DNA from: Hypanus sabinus
Lineage: Eukaryota
DNA: 64,000 nt
NCBI RefSeq assembly: GCF_030144855.1
Contig: NC_082720.1
Span: forward strand, 72,788,001-72,852,000
Reading direction: 5' to 3'
In this document: in pieces, positions 9,529 to 21,877 of the stretch
Layout of the letters: the number at the start of each line of letters is the position of its first letter
Numbering within the stretch: the first letter of the stretch is position 1
Translations under genes and position numbers: made by a program
The notes under the pieces: model-generated
Databases searched by the model: none
Seen by the model: the letters and a program-made list of their open reading frames with translations, nothing else
What the model was told of the DNA's origin: nothing

Positions 9529-12279
9529 TTCCCCTTGAAATAAATGCTAACATTGCATTTGCCTTCTTTACCACAGACTCAATCTGTAAATCAACCTTCT
9601 GGAAGTTTTGCACAAGGACTCCTAATTCCCTGTGCCCCTCTGGTATTTGAATTTTTTCCCTGTTTAGATGATAATCTGAACACATATTCCATTTACCAAA
9701 ATGCATTATTGTACACTCCCAATGAATGTATTCCATCTGCCACTTTTTTGCTTGTTCTTCCAATTTGTCTAAGTCCTGCTGCAAACACCTTGCTTCTTTA
9801 GCACTACCGAGCCCTCCACTTATCTTTATATCATCCACAAACTTTGCCGCAAAGCCATCAATTCCATTATTTAAATCATTGACAATGTGAAAAGTAGGGG
9901 TCCCAATACTGACTCCTGAGGAACACCACTAGTCACAAGCAGTCAACCAGAAAAGGCCCCCTTTATTCCCACTCACTGCCTCCTGCCTGTCAGCCCTTCC
10001 TCTATCCATGTCAGTATCTTTCCTGTAACGCCATGGGATTTTACCTTGTTAAGCAGCCTCACGTGTGGCACCTCATCAAATGCCTTCTGAAAATCTAAGT
10101 AATTGACATCTACTGTCTCTCCTTTGCCTACCCTGCTTGTTACTTCCTTAAAGAACTCTAACAAATTTGTTAGGCAAGATTTCCAATTACAGAAACCATG
10201 CTGACTTTGACTTGTTTTATCATTAATTTCCAAGTACACCAAAATCTCCTCCTTAATAATAAACTCCAACACTTCCCTAACCATTGAGGTTAGACTAACT
10301 GGTTTATAATTTTCTTTCTTTTGCCTGCCTTCTTAAACAGTGGAGTGACATTTCCAATCTTCCAGTCTTCCGGAAGCATGCCAGAATTCAGTGATTCTTG
10401 AAAGATCATGACCAATGCCTCCATTATATCTTCAGCAACCTCTCTTAACACTCTGGGATGTAGTCCATCTGGTCCAGGAAACTTATCCAACTTAAGACAT
10501 TTGGGCTTGCATCACAATTCTTCCTTTGTAACAGCAATGGCACTCACTCCTGTTCCCTGATACTCATGAGCCTCAGGTATGCTGCTAATGCCTTCCTCAG
10601 GGAAGACTGATGCAAAGTACTCATTAAGTTCAGCTGCCATTCCTTTGTTCCCCATTGCTACCTCACCAGCATCATTTTCCAGTGGTCCAATATCAGCTCT
10701 CACCTCCCTTTTACTCTTGATAGAACTGAAAACACTTTTGGTATCTTGCTTTATGTTATTGGCTAGTTTGCTCTCATATTTCATCTTTTCCCTTCTTATA
10801 GCATTTTTAGTTGCTTTTTGTTGGATGTTAAAAGCTTCCCAATCATCCAACTTCCCACGCACTTTTGCTGCCTTATATGCCCTTTGCTTGGCTTTTATTC
10901 AGTCCTTTACTTCCCTTGTCAGCCATGGTTGTCTACTCCTGTCATTTGAGAACTTCTTTTGTGGGACATATCCATCCTGCGCCATGTGAGCTTCAGCCTC
11001 TTCTGTTCTGTCATAATTCCCCCCCCCCCCCCCCAGTATTCACCTCCAATCCACCTGTGGAAGCTCCTCTCTCATGTCTCTGTAATTCCCTTTATTCCAT
11101 TGTGATACTGATACATGTGACTCATGCTTCTCCCTCTCAAACTGCAGTACAAATTCAATCATATTATGATCACTGCCTCCTAAGGGTTCCTTTATGTTGT
11201 TCCCTAATACGATCTGTGTCATTACACACCACCCAGTTTAAAATCTATAACTGTCATGTGGCACAGGCAGTAATCCTGAGGTTACTACCCTTGAGTTCCT
11301 GCTTCTAAGCTTCTTTCCTAGCTCCCTGTGTTCTGTTTTCAGGACCTCCTCCATTCTTCTACCTATGTCATTGGTATCAATATGTCCCACGACTTCAAGC
11401 TGCTCACCCGATTGTGGTCACATTCAGAAACATTGTGCACCCTCGCACCTGGAAGGCAAATTACCATCCATGTTTTTCTTTTGCATCCACTGAATTACCG
11501 ATCCATCCCCTAACTATAGAGTCCCCAGTTACTGCTGCCATCCTCTTCAGCTCCCCACCCTTCTGAGTCAGACTCAGTGCCAGAGGCATAGCCGCTGTTG
11601 TGTCTCCTGGATAGGTCCACACCCCCTCCCCAAAGGCACTCAAAATGGAGTATTTATTGTTGAGGGGAATGTCAACAATAAAGGGGTGTTCTCCACTATC
11701 TGACATTCTCTCTTCCCCCTCCTGACTGTCACCCATTTATCTGTATTCTGTAGCCTTGGGGTGACTACCTCCCTGCGGCTATCTATCACCTCTTCACTTT
11801 CCCTAACAAGCACAAGGTTATCAAGTTGCAGCACCAGTTCCTTATCACGGTCTCTGAGGAGCTGCATCTCCATTCATCTGGTGCAGCTATGACTATCCGG
11901 GAGGCCGGTAGTCTCCTGGAAATCTCACATTTGGCACCCAGAACAGAACACCAGCCCTGCAGACATACCTCCGATTCTCTCAAGAGTTAAATAAGGAATG
12001 AACTTACCTACTTACCTTGCCTCAGCCTGTTCTCGCTTTTGAGCCAAAGCTTTACCACTCTGACTTAGACCATTCCGACGATGCCCACTCCCATGATGGT
12101 AGTTCCAGCAGACAGTACCCTTCTTTCATTCAGGCTGGGTTTTTAAAGCTCGTCACCAGACTTGTGCAGGAATGTTTCTATTGCATCTGTGCCGTACTCC
12201 AATCAAAGACACTCTGAAAAACTTCCTGCCTGTCTTCGTTGGACTTCTGTGGGAATTCATCTACTGTGTCTGCGATGCC

Positions 12280-12835
12280 CTCCAATCAAAGTATCTTGGA
12301 GAACGTTGTTTTTAAAGGCCTGAAAACTGCCGGGGCATATACAAGGCTGATAAGCATAACCAGGTACTCGCAGTGCCACGCTGGTATATTGAATGCAGTC
12401 TTCCACTCATTGCCTTCCCTTATATGGACCAGATCGTATGCACTCCTTAGGTCTAGCTTAGTGAATACTTATGCCCCTTGGAGGGTCTCAAAGGCAGTAT
12501 TCATGAGTGGAAGGGAGTAACGATTCTTGATTGTCATGCGGTTTAATCCTCTATAATCAATAAATGGCCACGTGCTCCCATCTTTCGGTTGTGCAAAGAA
12601 GAAACCTATGCCGCCTGGTAAGGTGGAGGGCTGAATGAATCCCATAGCAAGAGCTTCCTTTATATATTCTTCCATTATGCTTCTCTCTGGACCTGAAAGC
12701 ACCTATAATCGACCACGTGGAGGACAAGTACCAGGCAAAAAATCTACAGCACAGTCGTAGAGTCAGTGTGGTGGAAGAATCAAGGCCCTTCCATTGCTGA
12801 AGTCCTTGTACAGGGAAGGAACGTTGACCTGCCTG
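12280..12835 (-). pseudogene. Gypsy reverse transcriptase N-terminal half; YxDD region and most of RNase H appear deleted
   Basis: [57 protein letters not shown]. Confidence 0.9.
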
Positions 12836-13194
12836 GGTATTGCAAGTTCTTCTGAACCCCTCTTCAAAGATGGCTGCTGAGGCTTCTTAAGTGGCAGGAA
12901 TGGTACCATTGCCATCTCAGTCTTCTCCCTACATCCTCCAGACACATTTGTATCCTCAGGTGATGGCAACGGGATATTACAGATGGTCCTAGAGCCCCTG
13001 GAACAGGCTCCAAGCATGTGCTTTTAGGAGTCTTTTTAGATGGCTGGATCACTTAGGCTTCAGGTAATCTCGCACTGAAGTCTGTCCCTTTACCGTCGTT
13101 GGTCTTGGGAGAGTCTGGGGGGGGGGGGGGCAGAGAACCACATAGTGAACATACACTGAAACAGTAATGACCAAACAATGATTCTCCCCTCTCT

Positions 13195-13480
13195 CTAGTC
13201 CATGGATGGGTTACAATGGGACAGCCAAGGGTATCTGAAGTTCAGCAGTATGAGTGGTGAGTCAATAATGTAGAAACTAATGTCTTCCACATCATCTCCT
13301 ATCCTCGTCTCCAAGACCACAGTTTGCTGCAGGATCAGCCTGGAACCTGGCACATGGTTGTCCAAGATAGTTGCGGGCATGGACTGGCTCAACTCTTGCA
13401 GTGGTTTAACGAGCTGATGGGTGGTTCCTAAGTCCAGAAAATTACCTGCTGCCCCAGAGCCCATAAAAGCCTTCCCCTAC
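13195..13480 (-). pseudogene. Gypsy aspartic protease (degenerate)
   Basis: MGSGAAGNFLD (DSGA motif mutated) and a downstream YPWL (LGxPWL-like). Confidence 0.75.
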
Positions 13481-13599
13481 CTCAGGTTCTTACCCCATGT
13501 GAATTCCATCATCAGCACAAACCCAGAACCTGTAGGATTGGGAGTAGTGGCCGATACTGTCACAGTCCTCCCCATGTTGGATGGTCTTAGCAGTCCTCC

Positions 13600-14322
13600 A
13601 GGCGACTACAGCTTCGGCCATTCAGCCCGCAGGTGAGTTGCTTCCCCACAGTAATAGCAGGCTCGATTCTGACATTGGGACAGAGAGCCTCGTAACCAAT
13701 CTGGATCGGCTTGACAAAGTCCCAAGCAGGAGGTGGGCTGGTCATTGTCTGAGATTGGGGGTATGGAACCACAGTGGATTGAGCCTGGGCTCAAGCTAGC
13801 CTTCTTTGACCTCTTAATGTATTCCCTCTTCTGCTCTGCCACACGATTTGCAAGGCAATTGAACTGGTTGATGAGGATCTCTAAATCCCTGTTGGGTCTC
13901 CCAAGGTGAGGGCATCCTTTAGTTTGACCCAGAGTTCGTGGTGGTACAGAGTGGCCTAGGCTTCACCAGTCCAACCACTCTCTTGCGGCAAAGTTCGGAA
14001 CACAATACTGTAGTTGACTGCTGATCAACTACCCTGATGCACCCTCAGAAGAATGTTTGAGGATCTGTTTGTGCCTGTGGGATGATAAAATACCTTTCTC
14101 ATGATGGTCATGGATCCTCCCGAATCTGTGCAAATCTCTGACCTTCATTCTCAATGTGAGTGGCCCAGTTGAGGGCTCTCCCTATCAAGAGAGAGATCAT
14201 GAAGGACATTTTTCTGTGCTCTGAAGAGAACTGGAATGGCTGGAGTTCAAAGACCAATGAGCATTGAGTGAGGAAGCTGTAGTAAGAACCTGGGTCTCCG
14301 TTGAATCTCTCCATGGTTAACT
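13600..14322 (-). pseudogene. Gypsy gag (capsid-like region and zinc knuckle)
   Basis: ERFNGDP..FLTQCSLVFELQP..F..MISLLIGRALNWAT, and CYYCGEATHLRAEWP (CX2CX4HX4C with last C changed to W). Confidence 0.85.
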
Positions 14323-14323
14323 G

Positions 14324-16308
14324 ACCATAAGACCATAAGATATAAGAGCTAAAGTAGGACATTCAACCCATCGAGTCTCTGCGACCATTTAATCATGGGC
14401 TGATCCAATCCTTGCAGTCATCCCAACTCCCCTGCCTTCTCTCCATATCCTTTCATGCCTTGGATAATCAAGAACCTATCTTTCTCTGCCTTAAATGCAC
14501 CTAATGTCTTGGCCTCCACAGCCACTTGTGGCAACAAATTCTACAGATTTACCACCCTCTGACTAAAGTAATTTCTCTACATCTCTGTTCTAAATGGATG
14601 TCCTTCAATCCTGAAGTTGTGCCCTCTTGTTCTAAACTCCCCAACCACAGGAAATAACTTTGCCATATCCAATCCCTTCAGGCCTTCATAACATTTGGAA
14701 TGTTTCTTTGAGATCCGCCCTCATTCTCCTGAACCCCAGGAAATATAGCCCATGAGCTGTCAGCATCTCTGATATGGTAACACTTTCATTCGTGGAAACG
14801 TTCTCGTGAATCTTCTCTGAACCCTGTCCAATGTCAGTATATCCTTTCTAAAATAAGGAGCCCAAAACTGCACACAATACTCCAAGAGTGGTCTCACGCC
14901 TGCCTTCTTGAGCCTCAACATCACATCCCTGCTCTTATATTCTATATCTCTAGAAATGAATGCCAACATTACATTCACCTCCTTCACTATCGACTCAACC
15001 TGGAGGTTAATCTTCAGGGTATCCTGCACAAGAACTCCCAAGTCCCTTTGTATATCTGCATTTTGAGTTTTCTCCCCATCTAAGTAATAGTCTGCCTGTT
15101 TATTTCTTCCACTAAAATGCATGACCATACACTTTCCAACATTGTATTTCATTTACCCATTCCCCGAAACTATCTAAATATCTCTGCAGGCTTTCTGTTT
15201 CCTCAACACTACCTGCTCCTCCACCTATCTTTGTATCATCGGCAAATTTAGACACAAATTCATTAATCCCATAGTCCAAATCATGACATACATCGTAAAA
15301 AGCAGCAGTCCCAACACTGACCCCTGTGGAACTCCAATGGTAACTAGCAGCCAGCCAGCATAGGATTCCTTTATTCCCACTCCCTGTTTTCTGCTGATCA
15401 GCCAGTACTCCAACCATGCTAGTAACTTTCTTGTAATTCTATGGGCTCTTAACTTGCTAAGCAGCCTCATGTGCGGTACCTTGTCAAAGGCTTTCTGAAA
15501 ATCCAAGTATAATACATCTATTGCATCTTCTTTGTCTACCCTGCTTGTAATTTCCTCAAAAAATTGCAGTAGGTTTGTCAAGCAAGATTTTCCTTTCAGG
15601 AAACCATGCTGGCTTTGGCCTATCTTGACATATGCCCCCAAGTACTCCATAATCTCATCCCTAACATTTAATTCCAATAACTTCCCAACCACCTAACCAC
15701 TGATGTCAGGCTAACAGGTATATAGTTTTTTTCCTGCTGCCACCCACCCTTCTTAAATAGCGGAGCACCATTTTCAATTTTCCAGTCATCCGGTACAATG
15801 CCAGAATCTATCGATTCTTGAAAGATCATTGTTAATGCCTCCGCAATCTCTCCAGCTACTTCCTTCAAAACTTGAGGGTGTATTCCATCAGGTCCAGGAG
15901 ATTTATCCACCCTCAGACCATTAAGCTTCCTAAGCACTTTCTCAGTCGTAATTTTCACTGCACGTTTGTCACTTCCCTGATGCTCTTCAATGTCCGGTAT
16001 ACTGCAGATGTCTTCCAATGTGAAGAATGATGCAAAATACACATTCACTTCCTCTGCCATCTCTGTGTCTCTCATTACAATATCTCTAGCGTTATTTTCT
16101 ATTGGTCCTATATATACCCTTGACTCTCTTTTACCCTTTATATACTTACAAGACTTTTAGTATCTTCTTTGATATTAATTGCCAGCTTCCTTTCATAATT
16201 AATATTTTCCTAATGACCTTCTTAGTTTCCTTCTGCAAGTTCTTAAAAGCTTCCCAGTCCTCAGTCTTCCCACTAGCTTTGGCTACCTTGTATGCCCTCT
16301 CTTTTGCT
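14324..16308 (-). mobile_element. 5'-truncated CR1 (~2 kb RT and 3' end) inserted in gag
   Basis: SPGPDGIHP, QHGFLKGKSCLTNL, GVPQGSVLG, KFADDTK. Tail accataagaccataaga. Confidence 0.92.
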
Positions 16309-16500
16309 GGATGTACTGGATCCACAGAGCAACTGACAGCCTCACCCGAGTGACTCTGGCATCCTCCTTGTGATAGCTGGTACACGACGGCCTGGAAGTC
16401 CTGTATCTCCAGGTTCTGTCCGGAATTCCTCTTGCTGTTTCTAGCCACAGCCGCTGAGAGACTCTGATACCCCGCTAGATCCTTGTCGGCTCAATCATAC

Positions 16501-16786
16501 TGTGATGAGAGACCTTGACAAGGATGGTTTAGACCCAAGTGCTGGAGTATCCGAGGCTGGAATTGAGACACAGTATCAAGCTGGAATGAGAACTGAGGGA
16601 AAGCAAAATGCTGGATGATATGGCTAGACGAACCTCAGTTAAATACAATCCTTGGTGCGCAGAACATGATTGCCAACTAATGGGACTGTCCTGAACCCCT
16701 GAAGTGGCCACGCTACTTGGCCCTGCTCCAGAGAGTTAGAGCATCTAAATCCCGGAAGCTGGCACAAAAGGGAGCGTTCTGTCACA
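16501..16786 (-). repeat. 5' LTR of the Gypsy element
   Basis: TGTGA...TCACA inverted termini and homology to 4872-5166. TATTTAA on the minus strand at ~16639-16645. Confidence 0.9.
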
Positions 16787-16961
16787 GTGTATATTTCATT
16801 GATAATAAATCTGATTCTGATTTTGATTGTAGGAGCAGGAAGATGATGCTACACCTACATAAAAAGCCTAGGGATAGGACAGGAGGAGTATTGTGTGAGG
16901 TTTTGATCACTACACTGCAGTAAAGTTCACGTACAAAGGGAATGCAAAAGTGATATGTGAG

Positions 16962-17098
16962 AAGTCCTGCAGAAAGGTCTTGGCCCAAAACGTTGGCTGT
17001 TTATTCAATTCGTTATTTGCTGCCTGGCATGCTGAGTTCTTCCAGCATTTTGTGTTTGTTGCTTTGGATTTCCAGCATCTGCAGAATTTCTCATGTTT
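16962..17098 (+). mobile_element. PLE-derived short element with degenerate hammerhead
   Basis: agtcctgcagaaaggtcttggcccaaaacgttggctg followed by the family arm and ttccagcatctgcaga. Confidence 0.75.
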
Positions 17099-17644
17099 AT
17101 ATGAGGATATCAGTACGGTTGAACAATTATGGTTAGGAGGAGAGAGATCTTGGCTGGCATTGTTTTATTTTGGAAAATAACACCAATCAAGTCTGATACT
17201 TGCTACCTAAAAGGATGATTGAGGCTGAAAGCTAGAGGTAAATCATATTTAAATCAATCTCGACATGCAATATAACTCTGCCTGCAAGCTTGTAAATCAA
17301 CAGTTGGGATATGGGAGTGGCACAAATCACTCAATTTTTGAGCAGCCTGTGCGTGTTGAGTGAAATGGCCACCCTCTGTGATTTGTACACTGTGGGTGAA
17401 GTGAAAACCACTGTTGCTTATTTGGAAGCAACTTTGTTGTGGTGACTTAAGGAAGTTTACATATGTTTTCAGAATTAACTTTTGGGATTAGATTCTATTT
17501 GCATTTTCACATCCCATTTTCTTTTAGTTCTCATGCAATGTAGAGTCTATATCATCAACAGAATACAAGGGAATAGAAGTGATTTTCATGAAGTACTCAG
17601 TTGAGTTAGTTGTGAGCAAGAAATCTCAGCGTACTGACAAACGT

Positions 17645-19250
17645 AGAACATTAAACACAGAACATTACAACACAATATAGGCCCTTCAGCCCATGATTTT
17701 GTACTGACCTTATAACCTATTCTAAGACCAATCTAACCCTTCCCTCACAAAATGCAGTGTTGGGAAATGTGTGATAGTGCATTTTGGTAAAAGGAACAAT
17801 AGTGTAGACTATTATCTAAATGGGGAGAAAATTCAAACATCAGAGGTGCAAAGGTGCAAGACTCCCAGAAGGTTAATTTACAGTTGAGTCTGTGGTAAAG
17901 AAGGCAAATGCAATGTTGGCATTTATTTCAAGGGGAATAGAATATAAAAACAAGGGTAATGTAGATAAGGGAGTGTAGGTCCTGCTGAAAGTTCTAAAAC
18001 AAAAACTGTACTCTTTTCCATAGATGCTGCTTGGCTTGCTGAGTTCCTTCAGCATTTTGCGTGTGTTACTGAGATAATGCTAATGCTTTATAAGACACTA
18101 GTCAGGCTGTACTTGAAATATCGTCAACAGATTGGGGCCTTTTATCTCAGAAAGGATGTATTGTCATTGGAGAGAGTCCAGAGGAGGTTCATGAGGATGA
18201 TTCCCAGAATGAAGGGGTTAACATATGAGGAGCATTTGGCAGCTTTGGGCCTGTACTCATTGGAATTCAGAAGAATTAAATGCGTGAGGATTTCAATTAA
18301 ACCTGCCGAACGTTGAAAGTACCAGATAAGCTGAGTGTGAAGAGGATGTTTTCTGTGGTGGGGGTATCCAAAATTAGAGGGCATTGCCTCAAAATTGAGG
18401 GGCAACCCTTTACAACAGAGGTAAGAGGGATTTTTTTGAGCCAGAGAGTAGTAAATCTGTGGAATGCTTTGTGGAGGCCAAGTCCATGGGTGTATTTAAA
18501 GTGGAAGTTGAGAGATTCCTGATTGGTCAGGGCATCAAGGGATATGGTGAGAGGGCAGGTGTATGGGGTTGAATGGGATCCAAGATCAGCCATGATTGAA
18601 ATGGCGAGTGGATCCGTTGGGTGGAATGGCCTAATTGTGCTCCGGTGGCTTATGGTCTCCCACATAAACCCTCCATTTTTCCATCTTCCATTTGCCTATC
18701 TAATAGTTTCTTAAGTGTCCCTAGTGTATCTACCTGCCTCTACAACCTATCCCAGCATGGCCTTCCATAAACGCTCCACACTCGATGTAAATAACTTACC
18801 TCTGACATTCTCCCCCTCCATACTTTGCTACAATCAAATTAAAAAAGGATCAGCCATGATTGAACGGCGGAGCAGACTCAATGGGCCAGGTGGCCTAATT
18901 CTGCTCCTATGTCTTATGGTCTAAAATTATGTCCCCTTGTAAGCCATTTCTGCCCTAGGAAATGTTTCTGCCTATTTATTCTATCTATACCTCTTATCAC
19001 TTTAAACTCTTCTATCAAATCACCTCTCATCCTCCTTTTTTCCAAAGAGAAAAACCATTACCCTGCTCAATCTATCTTAATAAGGTATGCTTTGTAGTTC
19101 AGGCGACATCTTGCTAGGTCTCCTCTGCACCCTCTCTCTAAAGCTTCAGCATCCTTCCTATAATACTGTAAGATAGAACTGTACACAAAATTCCAAGGAT
19201 GTTCTAAACAGGAGTGCTGTAATATTACCGTGGAGCCTTATGATTTCAAT
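17645..19250. mobile_element. Nested CR1 fragments: minus-strand CR1 3' end interrupted by a plus-strand CR1 (~17750-18660) that carries a PLE-derived arm (~17975-18070)
   Basis: LYKTLVRLYLKY..LERVQRRF, FLSQRVVNLWNAL, and CR1 tails in both orientations. Confidence 0.8.
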
Positions 19251-19461
19251 CCTCTGAAAAATAGTAAGTTGGCTTCCAACACCAAAGATTTTCTTCAGTA
19301 GGCAACTCACTTATTGAGAATCAAAAATTCAGCAGGGTCAAATGAATGTGCAGGATCTGTTGCAGCCCCATAACACGAGGAAGATGAAAAGTATTGGGAG
19401 TGAAAAGAAGTACTAGTTTAGATCAGTAATAAAACCTCAATCAAGCTTTCCACATAAGATT

Positions 19462-19690
19462 ATTTTTTTTATTTTAGAGGTACTGTCCATTGCAGAATCG
19501 GCCCTACTGGCCCTTTGACTGCCGAGCAACTCACAATTTAATTCTAGCCTACTCTCAGGGCAATTTACAATGCCCAATTAACCTACTAACCTGTATGTCT
19601 TTGGATTGTGGTAGGAAATCCACTCACTTCACTGACATCAGGATTGAACTCCAAAAATTGACGTTCTTAATGCCCAAAAGCCGCCAGTGA
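19462..19690 (-). mobile_element. HE1/V-SINE-like fragment
   Basis: caatttacaatgcccaattaacctactaacc..gtctttggattgtgg, shared with copies at 51362 and 52962. Confidence 0.6.
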
Positions 19691-19719
19691 CTGCAAAGAA
19701 AGAATGTGCCAATCCTGTA

Positions 19720-20095
19720 GATAACTTTGAAGGGTGACCTCAAAGAAGAGTACAAAATAATGAGGGAGATAGATAAGGTGAAAGCACATCATTTTTTTTT
19801 ACTCATTGAAGAAGAACTAAAAACTAGAGGGAATATGTTAAGATGAGAGGTGAAAGTATTCAAAGGGACATGAGTGGAACTTCACATAGAGGGTGGAATG
19901 AGCTGCTAGAGAAAGTGGTTGAGGCAAGTACAATAACAACATTCAAAAGGCATTTGTTAAGTACATGAATTGGAGTGGTGTAAAGGGATATAGGCAAAAT
20001 GCAGGCAAGTAGCTCTAGCACTTTGGGCTCTATAGTTGGTATGGATGAGTTGGGCCAAGGGTCTACTTCCATGCTGTGTCATTGCATGACTCTTA
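19720..20095 (+). mobile_element. Older CR1 3' end
   Basis: gggtgacct..aaaataatgagg..gaatgagctgctagagaaagtggttgaggca, plus tail. Confidence 0.7.
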
Positions 20096-21877
20096 CCACT
20101 ATAGTGCAGATTTGCAAAGAGGCCTTCTCTTTGTTACCCCATTCACTGAATGAGAAGATATTTATAGGATTAAGGGACCTTCTCCCTCCATGACCCTGGA
20201 GGTAATTTGGCCTCTTTTCCTGTGACTAAAGTCAAAAGTCTGCATAGCTAAAACCTTGGATGAAGAGACAATTCTCATTACTGTGAGTGGGACAGCACAA
20301 TTGGCTAATGGAGATGCCATAACAGAGTAATGCATCTTCTGGAAAACATGGAAATCAGCAATTTCCACATTCTGCTTGATGGCACCATTTTGATATCTCT
20401 TGGACACAGCTGGACATCACAAAGCAAGTCAGGAGAAACAGTGTGTAAATATTGTAGAATAAAATACAAAGTGAGGACTTTATTGACAACCACCGTTTTT
20501 TTTTATTATAAGTAAAAGTAAGTTGAAGTCCATTATCAATAAGAAATACATTTCACAAAAAACATTTTTGTTATCTATTAAGACCATGCAATTAAGTTCC
20601 TTTCAGTAATAATGGGACATTGCTTTTAAAATCCTCTCCTTTTCTCCACTTTTCTTGTAACAGCGCATCACCATCTAACATTTGTTTTCCATACTTAAAC
20701 AAAGTAAGATACTGAATGCCTGGCAGTGGTGTTACAGTGTACTTCGTTTGTGATTGTGATGCACTTGACGTCCCGTGTTTATATCCGTCTGGTTACTTTA
20801 GGCAGCTAATAATTGGCTTAATTGATGTTTTAGTAATTACATGCTAATTTGCCAGTGTAGAGTTGAACTGCATGTAGAAAATACAGGTTTGCATTAATTA
20901 GAGTAAGTATTGCATTAGTATCAGTGAAAACACAGCATTATGTGCGGTTACACAAGCAAGCATGCAATTTCAGCATGGTTTTCCATGATGCAAACTCAGC
21001 TTCAGCATAGTTAGGAACTCTGCCAGGTCTGAGCCTCACTAACTCCAAGAGTATTAAAAAAAAGAGATTGTTCATTGAATTCTTTGTAACAATTTCATTT
21101 CATTGGAAAGAAAACCTCTCGCTGTGTGGTTTATATTATTGATATGACACAATTAAGTAGTTTTATACTAAAGTGCTTTGTTGCAAGGTGATATTCAACC
21201 ATCATCTTGTAATCGTGTCAAGATCTGCAAGCTTGGGATTGGAGAAATTTGTATTATCAAATGTGAACTTGACTTTATGCGGCACATTTTTATTGATCAG
21301 AAAATGAATTTTGTTTTTCCCTTCCTGACTGAAAATATACATGCTTGGTGCATAAATTTTCCATACTGATTTGGGCACAAGGGATCTCTGAATAGCAGGG
21401 CAAGTTCAGAAATGATGATTTATTAAATATAGACCATGGGTTTATGGTATCTATTCTACGGGAGGAAAGAAAATGCATTGCACATTTCTTTTAACTTAGT
21501 TTTGTATTTTAGCTCATGTCTTATTTATTCGTATTTTCTGTCTCTTTTTAAATTCTTTAAATACATTGCAAGTAGCTCAGGGGTCCTAAGCCATCTTCAG
21601 ACAATTTCCGCTTAATCAGAATATGTTCAAAATTTTACTTTTTACATTTTAGTGCTATAGACTTTCATTTTCTCTCTAAACGTTGGCTATTTGCACAGGG
21701 TTTTAACTAACTCTGAATTTCCTGTTTGCTTACTTGCAGAATATGACATTTAGTTGTCCATCTCTTTCTTACAAATAATACAAATTGTCCATTTCTTTTC
21801 TTACAAAGAATACATCTAGAGAGTGAGTCTTAGGTTGTGCATTATATTGAGTAAGTTCCGCAAACATTGAAAATCTT

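Larger units (their letters stand above)
7728..12230 (-). mobile_element. Near full-length decayed CR1 LINE (5'UTR, ORF1 with zinc finger/leucine zipper/SGNH esterase, partial endonuclease, RT, 3' end)
   Basis: ORF1 CxxC and GDSIVRG; SDHNMIEF; PGPDGLHPRVL; QHGF..SCLTNL; YLDFQKAFD; RPHLEYCQQFWAP. Confidence 0.92.
4872..16786 (-). mobile_element. Ty3/Gypsy chromovirus (Tf1/sushi-like) LTR retrotransposon, decayed, with nested insertions
   Basis: Two homologous LTRs. Order on the minus strand is gag, zinc knuckle, PR, RT, IN, chromodomain. Many stops and frameshifts. Confidence 0.92.

Noticed and set aside
8098-13130. Poly-C/G runs at ~8098, ~11018 and ~13117 as functional G-quadruplex elements
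   Set aside because: Simple homopolymer expansions inside decayed transposons; lengths may be sequencing-dependent.
4872-16786. Endogenous retrovirus or domesticated gag gene (PEG10/RTL-like)
   Set aside because: No env, has a chromodomain-bearing Gypsy integrase, and gag is broken by stops and a CR1 insertion.
21752-21815. ~32-bp tandem duplication (a similar one lies at ~46920-47015)
   Set aside because: Ordinary local slippage duplication with no further structure.
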